Made by a program: the position numbers and the translations under genes. DNA of 64,000 nucleotides, from the NCBI GenBank assembly GCA_019751755.1, contig JAIENA010000185.1, positions 559 through 64,558 on the forward strand, read 5' to 3'. Below, piece by piece: positions 36,271 through 43,963 of this stretch. Under the pieces are notes generated by a model. The model saw nothing but the letters and a program-made list of their open reading frames with translations, made no database searches and had not been told where the DNA came from. The stretch comes from Burkholderiaceae bacterium (lineage in GTDB: Bacteria; Pseudomonadota; Gammaproteobacteria; Burkholderiales; Burkholderiaceae_D). Numbering within the stretch: the stretch's first letter is position 1; every line of letters starts with the position of its first letter.

Positions 36271-36823
36271 GATCCGCTTCCGAGCGCGGGATCATCTGGC
36301 CGCGAACGCCGCGGTTCGGAACGGCGACGCTTAGGGTGTCGTAGGTGCAGTCGCCGATGACCTTGGAATTGATGCCCAAGTGCAGATCGCCAGCGTCGAC
36401 CTGCGCGGGCTTGCCACTCGCACCCACATCGCCCTCGATCCAAAGGGCGGACGCCAAAATGCGCCCGTGCACCTTCCCGCCCGGCATGATGAGGACACGG
36501 CCGGCGCATTCGATGCTGCCCATGACCGTGCCGCGGATCACCAGGCTCTTTTTGCCGCCGATGCGGATATTGCCATCGATGACATCGTCGACCCCGATTG
36601 CCATGCTGATGTCGAGGCTTTCGCAAAGTACATCGGCAGTAGTGCCCTTGCCGACGTGTTCGGCGAAGCTCGATTCATTCGGATTGCCGCCAGGGTTGAA
36701 CGTGCTCACGCGAGGCGGTGCAGCGCTGGCCTGAGCCTGATGCCCGTGCTGGGTTCCTTGCTGGTGAACGTGAGGGGTGTCGAGGGACGGCAGGCTGCCG
36801 AGGTTGAGGTCCGAATGATTCAT
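36263..36823 (-). CDS. bactofilin-family protein
   Basis: Repetitive beta-helix pattern VIDGNIRIGGKKSLVIRGTVMGSIECAGRVLIMPGGKVHGRILASALWIEGDV is typical of the bactofilin (CcmA) domain. Confidence 0.7.
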   Translation of the reverse strand: MNHSDLNLGSLPSLDTPHVHQQGTQHGHQAQASAAPPRVSTFNPGGNPNESSFAEHVGKGTTADVLCESLDISMAIGVDDVIDGNIRIGGKKSLVIRGTVMGSIECAGRVLIMPGGKVHGRILASALWIEGDVGASGKPAQVDAGDLHLGINSKVIGDCTYDTLSVAVPNRGVRGQMIPRSEADHG

Positions 36824-37437
36824 TTTTGAAGAGCTCCTGGTTGAGGTGTGACGAGTTTTTGATCGGCCTGGAATACGACGGTCCGGCGATCAGTAGTGCG
36901 GGTTGCGGTGAACCCGTGGCGAACTGGATCAACCGCGTCAAGTAGATAGCGGCCGTCCGGGAAATATTTGCCAATGGCAACTTGTACGGTTTGCTCACCA
37001 ATACGGCAGCTGATCGCGGCGTTTTCGATACTCGCAACAAGGCATGGGGCCGAGGTCATTTGTCCGAGAGAATTCACACTCTTTTGCCACCACAGCATCG
37101 CGACGAAGGCTGCAGTCGCGACGATCAGGCCGATTCCGACGCCGATAGCGACACTCTGCCTGGTCGCTTTTTTGAGCATTTTCGCGGCCAACAAGCGGTA
37201 TTCATCGGGCTGAACGCGGACGATTGCGACCCTGGTGATCTCGAAGCTGCCATCCTTTCGCATTTCCAGCCCGTTCGGCGGACCTGGCGGCAACTTTGTG
37301 GCGCCAACGTAACGCTCCTGGATCACGAGCGACGTTGAAATCCGCAGTCCCTCTTTCGGAAACGTGAGCGCAGCAATCTGCGCGTCGCTCAAGCAGTCGA
37401 GGCTGCGTATCGTGTCGTGAAGGGAGTCTCGGTGCAT
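36820..37437 (-). CDS. membrane protein (205 aa), first gene of the bactofilin operon
   Basis: Central TM helix VAIGVGIGLIVATAAFVAMLWW. Its stop overlaps the bactofilin start (ATGA). Confidence 0.5.
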   Translation of the reverse strand: MHRDSLHDTIRSLDCLSDAQIAALTFPKEGLRISTSLVIQERYVGATKLPPGPPNGLEMRKDGSFEITRVAIVRVQPDEYRLLAAKMLKKATRQSVAIGVGIGLIVATAAFVAMLWWQKSVNSLGQMTSAPCLVASIENAAISCRIGEQTVQVAIGKYFPDGRYLLDAVDPVRHGFTATRTTDRRTVVFQADQKLVTPQPGALQK

Positions 37438-37445
37438 TCGAGGAG

Positions 37446-37474
37446 TTGCTTGAAAGTGTGTTGTTGCGTATTAT
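37446..37474 (+). promoter_or_regulatory. sigma-70-type promoter TTGCTT-N17-TATTAT
   Basis: Canonical spacing, in the divergent intergenic region upstream of 37539. Confidence 0.45.
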
Positions 37475-37538
37475 GGGCAAGATGCGTAACTAGAGTCTAG
37501 TGATATATCATTAGGTTGTCCAGCAGAACTATTGCCTC

Positions 37539-37850
37539 ATGCCCACGAATCTGAACAAAACACCAGTCGACTACTTCGAATTCAGCGCTCAGGCGGAGAC
37601 GCCGTTTGTTGTTCTGGAGCATCGCGAAGGCCGTTTGCCTATTCAACGCTCGCTCGTCACGTCAGCCGGCGCAATCGAAATCACTGGCTCCGACGGCGCG
37701 GTCGAGGTTCTCGGTTCTGCCGAGAATCCCTGCAGCACGGCTGTGCTCAAGCGCATTCGTACACACCACGACGGCCTTCTACTTGTTCAGGTCGACGTCG
37801 CGCGTGTCGACGGGGTCAGTGAACAAGTGTTGAGCGCCCGATTTCGTTAA
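37539..37850 (+). CDS. hypothetical protein (103 aa)
   Basis: ORF with ATG start. No motif recognised. Confidence 0.45.
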   Translation: MPTNLNKTPVDYFEFSAQAETPFVVLEHREGRLPIQRSLVTSAGAIEITGSDGAVEVLGSAENPCSTAVLKRIRTHHDGLLLVQVDVARVDGVSEQVLSARFR

Positions 37851-37877
37851 CCTCATCTCAGAAAAGATATATTCCAC

Positions 37878-38609
37878 ATGCTGAACTTATCAATCGTCCG
37901 CCGTGCAGCCGATACCTTGGTAGCACTTGCACTGACGGCCGCCACAGCACATGCATCGCCCGACCTCGATGCTGTAAAAAATTCCGTAAAGACGGTGACA
38001 AAGCTCGATGTCGTAAAGATCGAACCATCAAAGATCGCTGGCCTGTATGAAGTGCAAACTGCTGGTCAGATCTTCTACACTGATGCGAAAGGGGAGTACA
38101 TCCTTCTTGGTGCACAGGTGTTCGCCACCAAGGACAACGCGAACTACTCGGAAAAGCGGATGAACGAACTTGCCGGCTACAAATTTGCGGACTTGCCCTT
38201 GCAAGACGCTATCAAGATCGTGCGCGGGAATGGAAAGAGGGTCGTGGTTACCTTTGAAGATCCGAACTGCGGATACTGCAAGCGCCTGAACAAGACGCTC
38301 GATGAGATGGGTGACTCGACGCACTATGTTTTCATGATCGGCATGCTCGGAGACGAATCGACCACCAAGGCGAAAGCGATCTGGTGCTCGGCAAATCCGG
38401 CGAAGGCATGGACAGACTGGGTGATCGGCGGCAAGCAGGTATCGACTCAATCGAGTGAATGTGAGACTCCCCTCGCGCGCAACGCCAAGATGGCTGAAAA
38501 ATATCGAGTCCAGGGTACGCCAGCGCTCTTCTTCCCGAACGGAGAGCGCGCGCAAGGCTCGATGCCCAGTGATCAGCTGCTCAAGCACTTCGCCAAGCAG
38601 GCGCGGTAG
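37878..38609 (+). CDS. dsbC: DsbC/DsbG-family thiol:disulfide interchange protein
   Basis: Signal peptide, then a thioredoxin-fold motif FEDPNCGYCKRL (CxxC), then GTPALFF near the C-terminus. Confidence 0.8.
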   Translation: MLNLSIVRRAADTLVALALTAATAHASPDLDAVKNSVKTVTKLDVVKIEPSKIAGLYEVQTAGQIFYTDAKGEYILLGAQVFATKDNANYSEKRMNELAGYKFADLPLQDAIKIVRGNGKRVVVTFEDPNCGYCKRLNKTLDEMGDSTHYVFMIGMLGDESTTKAKAIWCSANPAKAWTDWVIGGKQVSTQSSECETPLARNAKMAEKYRVQGTPALFFPNGERAQGSMPSDQLLKHFAKQAR

Positions 38610-38622
38610 AAGCTGCACAATA

Positions 38623-38665
38623 AAAGTAACGGGCCGGAGGGTTGATCCCCCGGCCCGTTACTTTT
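38623..38665. terminator. bidirectional hairpin terminator
   Basis: 15-bp perfect stem AAAGTAACGGGCCGG / CCGGCCCGTTACTTT between convergent genes. Confidence 0.75.
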
Positions 38666-38682
38666 AGGTCTGTGAAATGAGT

Positions 38683-39114
38683 CTATGGGCGCTGATCTTG
38701 CGCCTCGGGCATCTCCACGCTGCGGCCGGTCAGCAGTGCCAAGTGGTAAATCGCGTCGTTCTCGGGCGTGGCATTCGGGAATTCACCACTTTCCTGCATC
38801 ATGCTGGCCACCATGCCGACCAGCGCTCCGACGTTACTCAGATCCGGGCAGGCACCTTTAATCGGGACCGCCAGCACCGGGCGAACGCCGTGGTCGAAGG
38901 AAATCGACACGTTTGCGGCGGTGATGGCCTCGTCGGCGGCGAGCGTGAGCAGGTATTGGTTGAAATCCATGCCAGAATCGTTCAGCGAAACGCCGGTCAC
39001 GTTCTCTTCCGGGTCATAAAGAAAGCGCTTGGTCTCGGGACGTGTGGCGCCGGCGCGCGCCACTGCAAAGTCGACGCAGGTGATATTTGGCGGGGTGTCG
39101 GGGACGACGAACAT
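38683..39114 (-). CDS. hypothetical protein (143 aa)
   Basis: ATG 39114 (MFVVPDTPPNITC...). The longer listed ORF overlaps the upstream gene and looks non-coding there. Confidence 0.5.
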   Translation of the reverse strand: MFVVPDTPPNITCVDFAVARAGATRPETKRFLYDPEENVTGVSLNDSGMDFNQYLLTLAADEAITAANVSISFDHGVRPVLAVPIKGACPDLSNVGALVGMVASMMQESGEFPNATPENDAIYHLALLTGRSVEMPEAQDQRP

Positions 39115-39244
39115 AATGTTGTGCACTAGTGGGTTAATTGATAACGCGATTATATGGCAGTCAGGAGGCACTTGAGGGCGTGGTTTCAGTGGCTGCCGGG
39201 CGAGATGGCTGGGCGCCCGACCATTCGTATTCAAGATCCCAGGA

Positions 39245-40030
39245 TCAGCCGCGCGGTGCTTCCGGCGCATCGCCCGCTTCATCGGCTTCCTGAATGCCGA
39301 GCCGATCCTGCAGTTGCTGGATGATGAGGCCGTGCAGCTGCAGAGCCTCCAGCGCATCTTCCGGCTGCGATTGGCGCCCTGCCGCAGTCAGAGGGCCAAC
39401 GGCACGGCTCAGTTCCCGATCGAACACTTCAGCATCGAGGATAGGCTGGTTAAGGTAGCAGATCACGTCGAGTACCTCCGGCTTGGCCAAGATGCGAAGC
39501 ACGGCGAGGCGCGACGCGTCGTCGGGCAGATGGGGGAAAACTGGATTGGCACAAAACGCGTTTTCGATCAGGCCGATGTCTGGTTCAGCTGCGTACCCGT
39601 CATAGCCGTGTAGGACGACATCGCCTATCCAGTCGTCTTCGCCGCTGGACTGCCAGGCCTTCCGGGTTTCGATCATGCCGGTGATGAGGTGCTGGCGTTC
39701 GTCTTCGGTCAGGATCACCATACGGTCGCGTGCATGCTGGCGCACGATAGTGGCGACCGCCATCTCGACGGCGCGCCGAGCTGCCGGCGTGTCTGCGATG
39801 ACCGATTCCAGCATAAGCAGGAGAGCTGCGGAAGCCGAGTGTGGGGCTGAGACTCGGATAGCGCCGATTTCAGTGGATTCATCTGCGAGTGGTGTGAGCA
39901 AGCCCTCGTTGCGGGCGATGTTGATGCCCAGCTCGATTCCTGCTCGCATGGTCGAAGTATCGATCTCTTGCGTGCTGGCCGCGCTGACGCTGATGAGGAA
40001 TTGTTCCTGGTGGGTGGTGGCAATCTGCAT
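39245..40030 (-). CDS. hypothetical protein (261 aa)
   Basis: Clean ORF. No motif recognised. Confidence 0.55.
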   Translation of the reverse strand: MQIATTHQEQFLISVSAASTQEIDTSTMRAGIELGINIARNEGLLTPLADESTEIGAIRVSAPHSASAALLLMLESVIADTPAARRAVEMAVATIVRQHARDRMVILTEDERQHLITGMIETRKAWQSSGEDDWIGDVVLHGYDGYAAEPDIGLIENAFCANPVFPHLPDDASRLAVLRILAKPEVLDVICYLNQPILDAEVFDRELSRAVGPLTAAGRQSQPEDALEALQLHGLIIQQLQDRLGIQEADEAGDAPEAPRG

Positions 40031-40053
40031 GGTTTGTATAGAGTGAAGTGTCG

Positions 40054-40950
40054 TTACATACGGGGTGCGTCTGCTTCTTCTAAAGTAGGAGATTCAGGAC
40101 CTGAGAACGCGCGAGCAGGGATCTCGCCGTCGATACGCAGGTCGAGGCGCGGGTCGTCGCGCGCGCGTGGTGGCTGCGCCAGGTATAGGGTTTGCATGAG
40201 GGGATTGACCATCGTGAGATGGCCCTTGTCTTTGCCGGCCTCAGCCCATGCCGAGCCAGAGTCAATGGCATACAGATTGCCGAGCTTCTGCATTCCTTCA
40301 AACAGCACGGTGTGGCCGACGAACACGCGGCCGACGCCAGGGACGCCATCGGTGCGGCGGGTTTGAACGCGCTGGCGTGATTCGTGGAAGGAATCGCTCA
40401 GGTCCATGCCCAGGGCCATCCTGGTCGCGTATTCGTCACCCTCCTCGATCTTTGCCGTAAACGTCTGCCAGTCCATCCCAGGAGGGACGTCCGCGTGCAC
40501 AATGCCAACCAGGCCGCGCGAGGTTTCGACCTCGATTACAAACGGCAGGTCGTCAAAAGTCGAGGCTAGTACCTCCAGGTCCTCGATCGAGACGTCCTTC
40601 ATCCAGCGCATGCCGTTGTAGTTCATTCGCGCGAGGGCATCGACGATATCGCGATCCAACGCGCCCTGGCGCCAGGCATCGACCAGCATGCGTTCGTGGT
40701 TCCCGGCGACCGAGTGGACGTACGGCTGGCGAAGAAATTTGCCCGCGCGCGCGGAGCCAGCGCCACGGTCGATCAGGTCGCCGCCGACCAGAAGGCGATC
40801 GCACGAGGGGTCGAAGTTGGCTGCCTTCATTGCATCCCAGACCAGGTCGTACGCGCCGTGCGGATCGGTGATGATAAGGTCGCGGCCACGCGTGTTTCGC
40901 GGAAGTCTCAGTACTCGGCGCTTCCGAGTGGTGATGGTCAGTTCAGGCAT
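40054..40950 (-). CDS. metallophosphoesterase, Ser/Thr protein phosphatase (PrpA/lambda-PP type)
   Basis: ITDPHG, GGDLIDRG and AGNHE motifs in canonical order. Confidence 0.8.
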   Translation of the reverse strand: MPELTITTRKRRVLRLPRNTRGRDLIITDPHGAYDLVWDAMKAANFDPSCDRLLVGGDLIDRGAGSARAGKFLRQPYVHSVAGNHERMLVDAWRQGALDRDIVDALARMNYNGMRWMKDVSIEDLEVLASTFDDLPFVIEVETSRGLVGIVHADVPPGMDWQTFTAKIEEGDEYATRMALGMDLSDSFHESRQRVQTRRTDGVPGVGRVFVGHTVLFEGMQKLGNLYAIDSGSAWAEAGKDKGHLTMVNPLMQTLYLAQPPRARDDPRLDLRIDGEIPARAFSGPESPTLEEADAPRM

Positions 40951-40962
40951 GGTGGGTGCTCC

Positions 40963-41292
40963 TCACATCGCTGGCGCGGCTGGCACGTCGTCGTCCGCCA
41001 GGTCCGGAGCGTCCGGCTGGACGACCTGAGAGGAGAACTGAGGAGCAAGCAGCTTCAGACTGTCGGTGCCCAGCATCTCCAGCACGTACTGATATGTGGT
41101 GCGTTGTGCCCGGTGCCAGATAGCGGCTTGCGCGAAATTCATCGGGAACGGGGCATCAGCGTGTTTCGCGCGAATGGCCACCGCCAGGCATTTCTCGATG
41201 GTGTCGGCGCCACTGGTTACGCCGAATTTGCCGAACAACGTCTCCGCCATGAGATGATTCTGCGCGACCAGCGCCGCATCATCGGTGGGCAC
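40963..41292 (-). CDS. hypothetical protein, paralog B of a tandem pair
   Basis: Shares ...EKCL..(K/R)..DAPFP......H........Y...LEM...D....L with ORF 41217..41600. Start is GTG 41292 or ATG 41250. Confidence 0.45.
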   Translation of the reverse strand: MPTDDAALVAQNHLMAETLFGKFGVTSGADTIEKCLAVAIRAKHADAPFPMNFAQAAIWHRAQRTTYQYVLEMLGTDSLKLLAPQFSSQVVQPDAPDLADDDVPAAPAM

Positions 41293-41600
41293 CGGCCCAG
41301 GGAATTGAAGAGCTCACGCACGCAGTCGCTGGATACCATTTCAAGGCTATGAGCATAGGCGGCCGTGGCTCCCTGATGGTAGGTGAGCGCTTCCTCGCCC
41401 ACCAGGGGGAACGGGGCATCTTCCGGGGCAGCACGTTTCGAACTTGCCAGCTTTTTCTCGAGCAGCGCGATGCCTCGCAAGAGACCACATGGCCCGGAAA
41501 GGGAATCTCGCAAAGTGTCGTTATCGGTGCGCGCGGTCGTGGTGGCGGAGCGAACTGGAGCCGCGATGGCTTTTGGAATCGGGAAAGTCGAGTTGGTCAT
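41217..41600 (-). CDS. hypothetical protein, paralog A (MTNSTFPIP...), nested in frame in the GNAT ORF
   Basis: ATG 41600 is preceded by AAAAGGA and by box promoter O. Confidence 0.45.
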   Translation of the reverse strand: MTNSTFPIPKAIAAPVRSATTTARTDNDTLRDSLSGPCGLLRGIALLEKKLASSKRAAPEDAPFPLVGEEALTYHQGATAAYAHSLEMVSSDCVRELFNSLGRCPPMMRRWSRRIISWRRRCSANSA

Positions 41601-42305
41601 GTTGGATCCTTTTAGCGGTGGGAGTAACGAGGCGATACTAAGCTGGAGCGAGGCGCGTGGTTGCGCCTCAGGCCTGCGCGGGCGGCGTGCCGAGCGGGGA
41701 GGAGGCAGGTACACGTTGACGCCGGCGTCTGTGACGATCTCGATGCATCGGGCAGTTACGACGTCGGCCGGCGCGCGATACGCGACGTAAAGACGCGGCG
41801 CGCGTCCGCGTGTCTCCCGATCGAAAATCGACGCGCGTTGGAGCTCGAGCCTAGTGGCGATCGCGCGTGCGCCCTGGTTGCCTGCTTCGGTCTGGATGTT
41901 GACGAATTCCAGATCCGGCGCGTCGCCCCGGCACTGCTGGTACGCGATGGCGCTCAGGATCGTGGCTAGACCTTTTCCGCCGTACGCTGGGCGCACGCCG
42001 AACGAGACATTGCAGCCCTGGGCGCCTGTTTCGCGGCTGATGATGGTCCCGGCCCAGGCGGCAGCAACAACCTGGTCGTCGATGCAGGCGGTGACGCAGA
42101 AGGGCAGCATCTGGCCGTACCAGTCAAGCAGGGGCATGATGAGGCCTACGGTGCGGCCGCATAAATCCGAGTACCTGTCCGGGTCGTCGGCGAGCATGTC
42201 GCGAACGCGTGGCAAAGCGAATCGTTGACCCTCGGCAAAAAGGTCTAGGCCCAGGTGATGGCCGATTAGGACAGGGGGTAGTGGTTGGAACTGGTCAAGG
42301 TACAT
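41217..42305 (-). CDS. GNAT-family acetyltransferase ORF that reads through into paralog A without a stop
   Basis: GVRPAYGGKGLATILSAIAYQQC is a GNAT acetyl-CoA-binding motif. No stop codon occurs between the GNAT domain and 41217. The likely start is ATG 42305 (the listed start 42326 is GTG). Confidence 0.45.
   Translation of the reverse strand: MYLDQFQPLPPVLIGHHLGLDLFAEGQRFALPRVRDMLADDPDRYSDLCGRTVGLIMPLLDWYGQMLPFCVTACIDDQVVAAAWAGTIISRETGAQGCNVSFGVRPAYGGKGLATILSAIAYQQCRGDAPDLEFVNIQTEAGNQGARAIATRLELQRASIFDRETRGRAPRLYVAYRAPADVVTARCIEIVTDAGVNVYLPPPRSARRPRRPEAQPRASLQLSIASLLPPLKGSNMTNSTFPIPKAIAAPVRSATTTARTDNDTLRDSLSGPCGLLRGIALLEKKLASSKRAAPEDAPFPLVGEEALTYHQGATAAYAHSLEMVSSDCVRELFNSLGRCPPMMRRWSRRIISWRRRCSANSA
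41635..41666 (-). promoter_or_regulatory. box promoter O: GCGCAACCACGCG-N13-TAGTAT (minus strand)
   Basis: Box at 41666-41654 and -10 at 41640-41635, 35 nt upstream of ATG 41600. It lies inside the long GNAT reading frame. Confidence 0.5.
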
Positions 42306-42332
42306 GGCGATCGCGGTGGTGGACACGCGATC

Positions 42333-42364
42333 ATGGTGCCGTAGGGCGCGGGGCGTGGTTGCGC
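42333..42364 (-). promoter_or_regulatory. box promoter N: GCGCAACCACGCC-N13-CACCAT (minus strand)
   Basis: Box at 42364-42352, between the recombinase stop and the GNAT start. Confidence 0.4.
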
Positions 42365-42377
42365 CCGGCGTAAGGAT

Positions 42378-43529
42378 CTACTTGGCGCCGACGTCCTTGA
42401 GGGCCTGCTTGAGCCTGGAAACCGATTTGGCCTTGTATCGGCGCGTGGTGGTGATGGAGCCGTGCCTCGCTATCTCCTGGCCCAGGGTAATGTCGCCTGT
42501 CGCGTCGACGATCATAGTGACCTGGGTGTGTCTCGCGCAGTGGGAGGCGAAGCTTTTGAGGCGCCCGGCTGCGGCAGGATTCTCCGATGCCATTGCAATA
42601 TGACTCGCACGGTCGAGAAGCTTCTTGACCGCCCTGTTGATCGTCTCCGGGTGCACGTTCCGAAAGGTGCCGCGCATGGGAAGGATCAAGGGTGTAGTGT
42701 CCTTGCCCTGAATGCTGTGCGCAGGCAGCGCAGACAACCCACGGGCGAGCCGATACTCGCGCATCCCGGCCATGAACTGGTCGGCGAGGGGAATGGCGGA
42801 CTCGACGTTGCCTTTGCCGCACACGTCAAGCATCCAGGTGAGCTCTCCGTCTTCGTCGTTGTCCTGGTAGACGTCCCCGGCCACAGCCGCCGCCAGCTCG
42901 TGCCGGCGTAGCGCGGCCCAGAGGAGGGCCGTCCATATCCACTTTTGCTGATGGTATTCGAGTAGGTGCCCCTCTCGCTTTACCTCGTCCAGCGCCTCAT
43001 CGACGTACCCGCGTTCCAGCGCCGACAGCGCCTTCTTGCGCGGCGAGGCCTTCTTCATGATCGAGCTGACCTTGAGGCGGCTGAAAGGGCTCCGCTCGAT
43101 CCTGTACCCGCCCTCCAGCTGCATTTCGATCATGTCGGCGTACATCGCCTTGAGCGCACTGACGGCGCGATCGACGCTCGCCGACGCCAGCGGCGCCGGT
43201 TTGAATGGCTGGCGCTCCAGCCCCGCCCGGTCCAGCACCTCTTGCGGCAGCTGAACTTGCTTTGGTCCGGCCAGAAAATGGGAGTATGCCGCAGCGTCGA
43301 GCGAGCTGGCTTTATCGAGCCATCGGCTGAAAGGCTGGCCAGCCTTCGTCCACATCAACCAGGCGAGCCAGCGGCGCGCCTCGAAACCGAAGGCGCGCTG
43401 GGTATGCTCGGAATTCCGCTTTGAGGCGATCCACGCCACGATAGCTGCCAGGTCGTCGCGAGCGATGGTCGGAGCCGACACAAGGGATGACGAGGCCTGC
43501 TCGAATACGCTCAGGTCACCAGAAGGCAT
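42378..43529 (-). CDS. tyrosine recombinase / integrase
   Basis: Catalytic signature ...LRRHEL..., SHCARHTQVT (HxxR) and HGSITTTRRY (catalytic Tyr). Confidence 0.85.
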   Translation of the reverse strand: MPSGDLSVFEQASSSLVSAPTIARDDLAAIVAWIASKRNSEHTQRAFGFEARRWLAWLMWTKAGQPFSRWLDKASSLDAAAYSHFLAGPKQVQLPQEVLDRAGLERQPFKPAPLASASVDRAVSALKAMYADMIEMQLEGGYRIERSPFSRLKVSSIMKKASPRKKALSALERGYVDEALDEVKREGHLLEYHQQKWIWTALLWAALRRHELAAAVAGDVYQDNDEDGELTWMLDVCGKGNVESAIPLADQFMAGMREYRLARGLSALPAHSIQGKDTTPLILPMRGTFRNVHPETINRAVKKLLDRASHIAMASENPAAAGRLKSFASHCARHTQVTMIVDATGDITLGQEIARHGSITTTRRYKAKSVSRLKQALKDVGAK

Positions 43530-43762
43530 GCATTTCTCCTTTCCTTGCCTGGTTTTCCCCAGATGACTCAGTGGCGCAGCCGCTGGGGATAGTCAGCGCG
43601 CGGGGCGCACGAGCGCAATGGGTCGAGCGGCAATGGGCCACAGGCGAAAGTGCGATAAAAAACTGGTCGGACATGCAGTCATTGTAGAGGGGCGGTGCTC
43701 GGCGCGCAAAGAAATCGCACGCCCCTGAAGCGAAATGGGGAAGGCGTGAGGATTCCTCCGTC

Positions 43763-43794
43763 TTGCAACCACGTCTGATGTGTTTCCAGATAAT
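43763..43794 (+). promoter_or_regulatory. box promoter E: TTGCAACCACGTC-N13-GATAAT
   Basis: Box at 43763-43775 and -10 at 43789-43794. Confidence 0.55.
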
Positions 43795-43825
43795 CGCCGG
43801 ACCAACACAGCCGGAGATTCGACTC

Positions 43826-43963
43826 ATGTCCGAGATTAAAACCAGCAACATCGCGCGTTCTGCTGTAGCGCCGATCCCATTCGAATCCATGAATGGCCGG
43901 GGTTCTCTCGCTTCGAACTATGCGACTGGCGTAAATGCGCCGGCGCCGAGGAAAGTCCGATGA
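43826..43963 (+). CDS. small ORF (45 aa, MSEIKTSNIARS...)
   Basis: GGAG lies 11 nt upstream. Its TGA overlaps the ATG of the next gene (ATGA at 43960-43963). Confidence 0.3.
   Translation: MSEIKTSNIARSAVAPIPFESMNGRGSLASNYATGVNAPAPRKVR

Noticed and set aside
39177-39189. Degenerate box CTGAAACCACGCC on the minus strand upstream of 39114.
   Set aside because: It differs from the consensus at positions 1, 3 and 4 of the 5' part of the 13-mer. The nearest TATAAT is 29 nt away instead of 13, so it is not counted as a box promoter.
42378-43529. The idea that the 383-aa recombinase is an IncI-type shufflon recombinase (Rci).
   Set aside because: I saw no pilV-like gene, no cluster of short inverted sfx-type repeats and no invertible segments nearby. 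Only the size and the IncI-like T4SS context suggested it.
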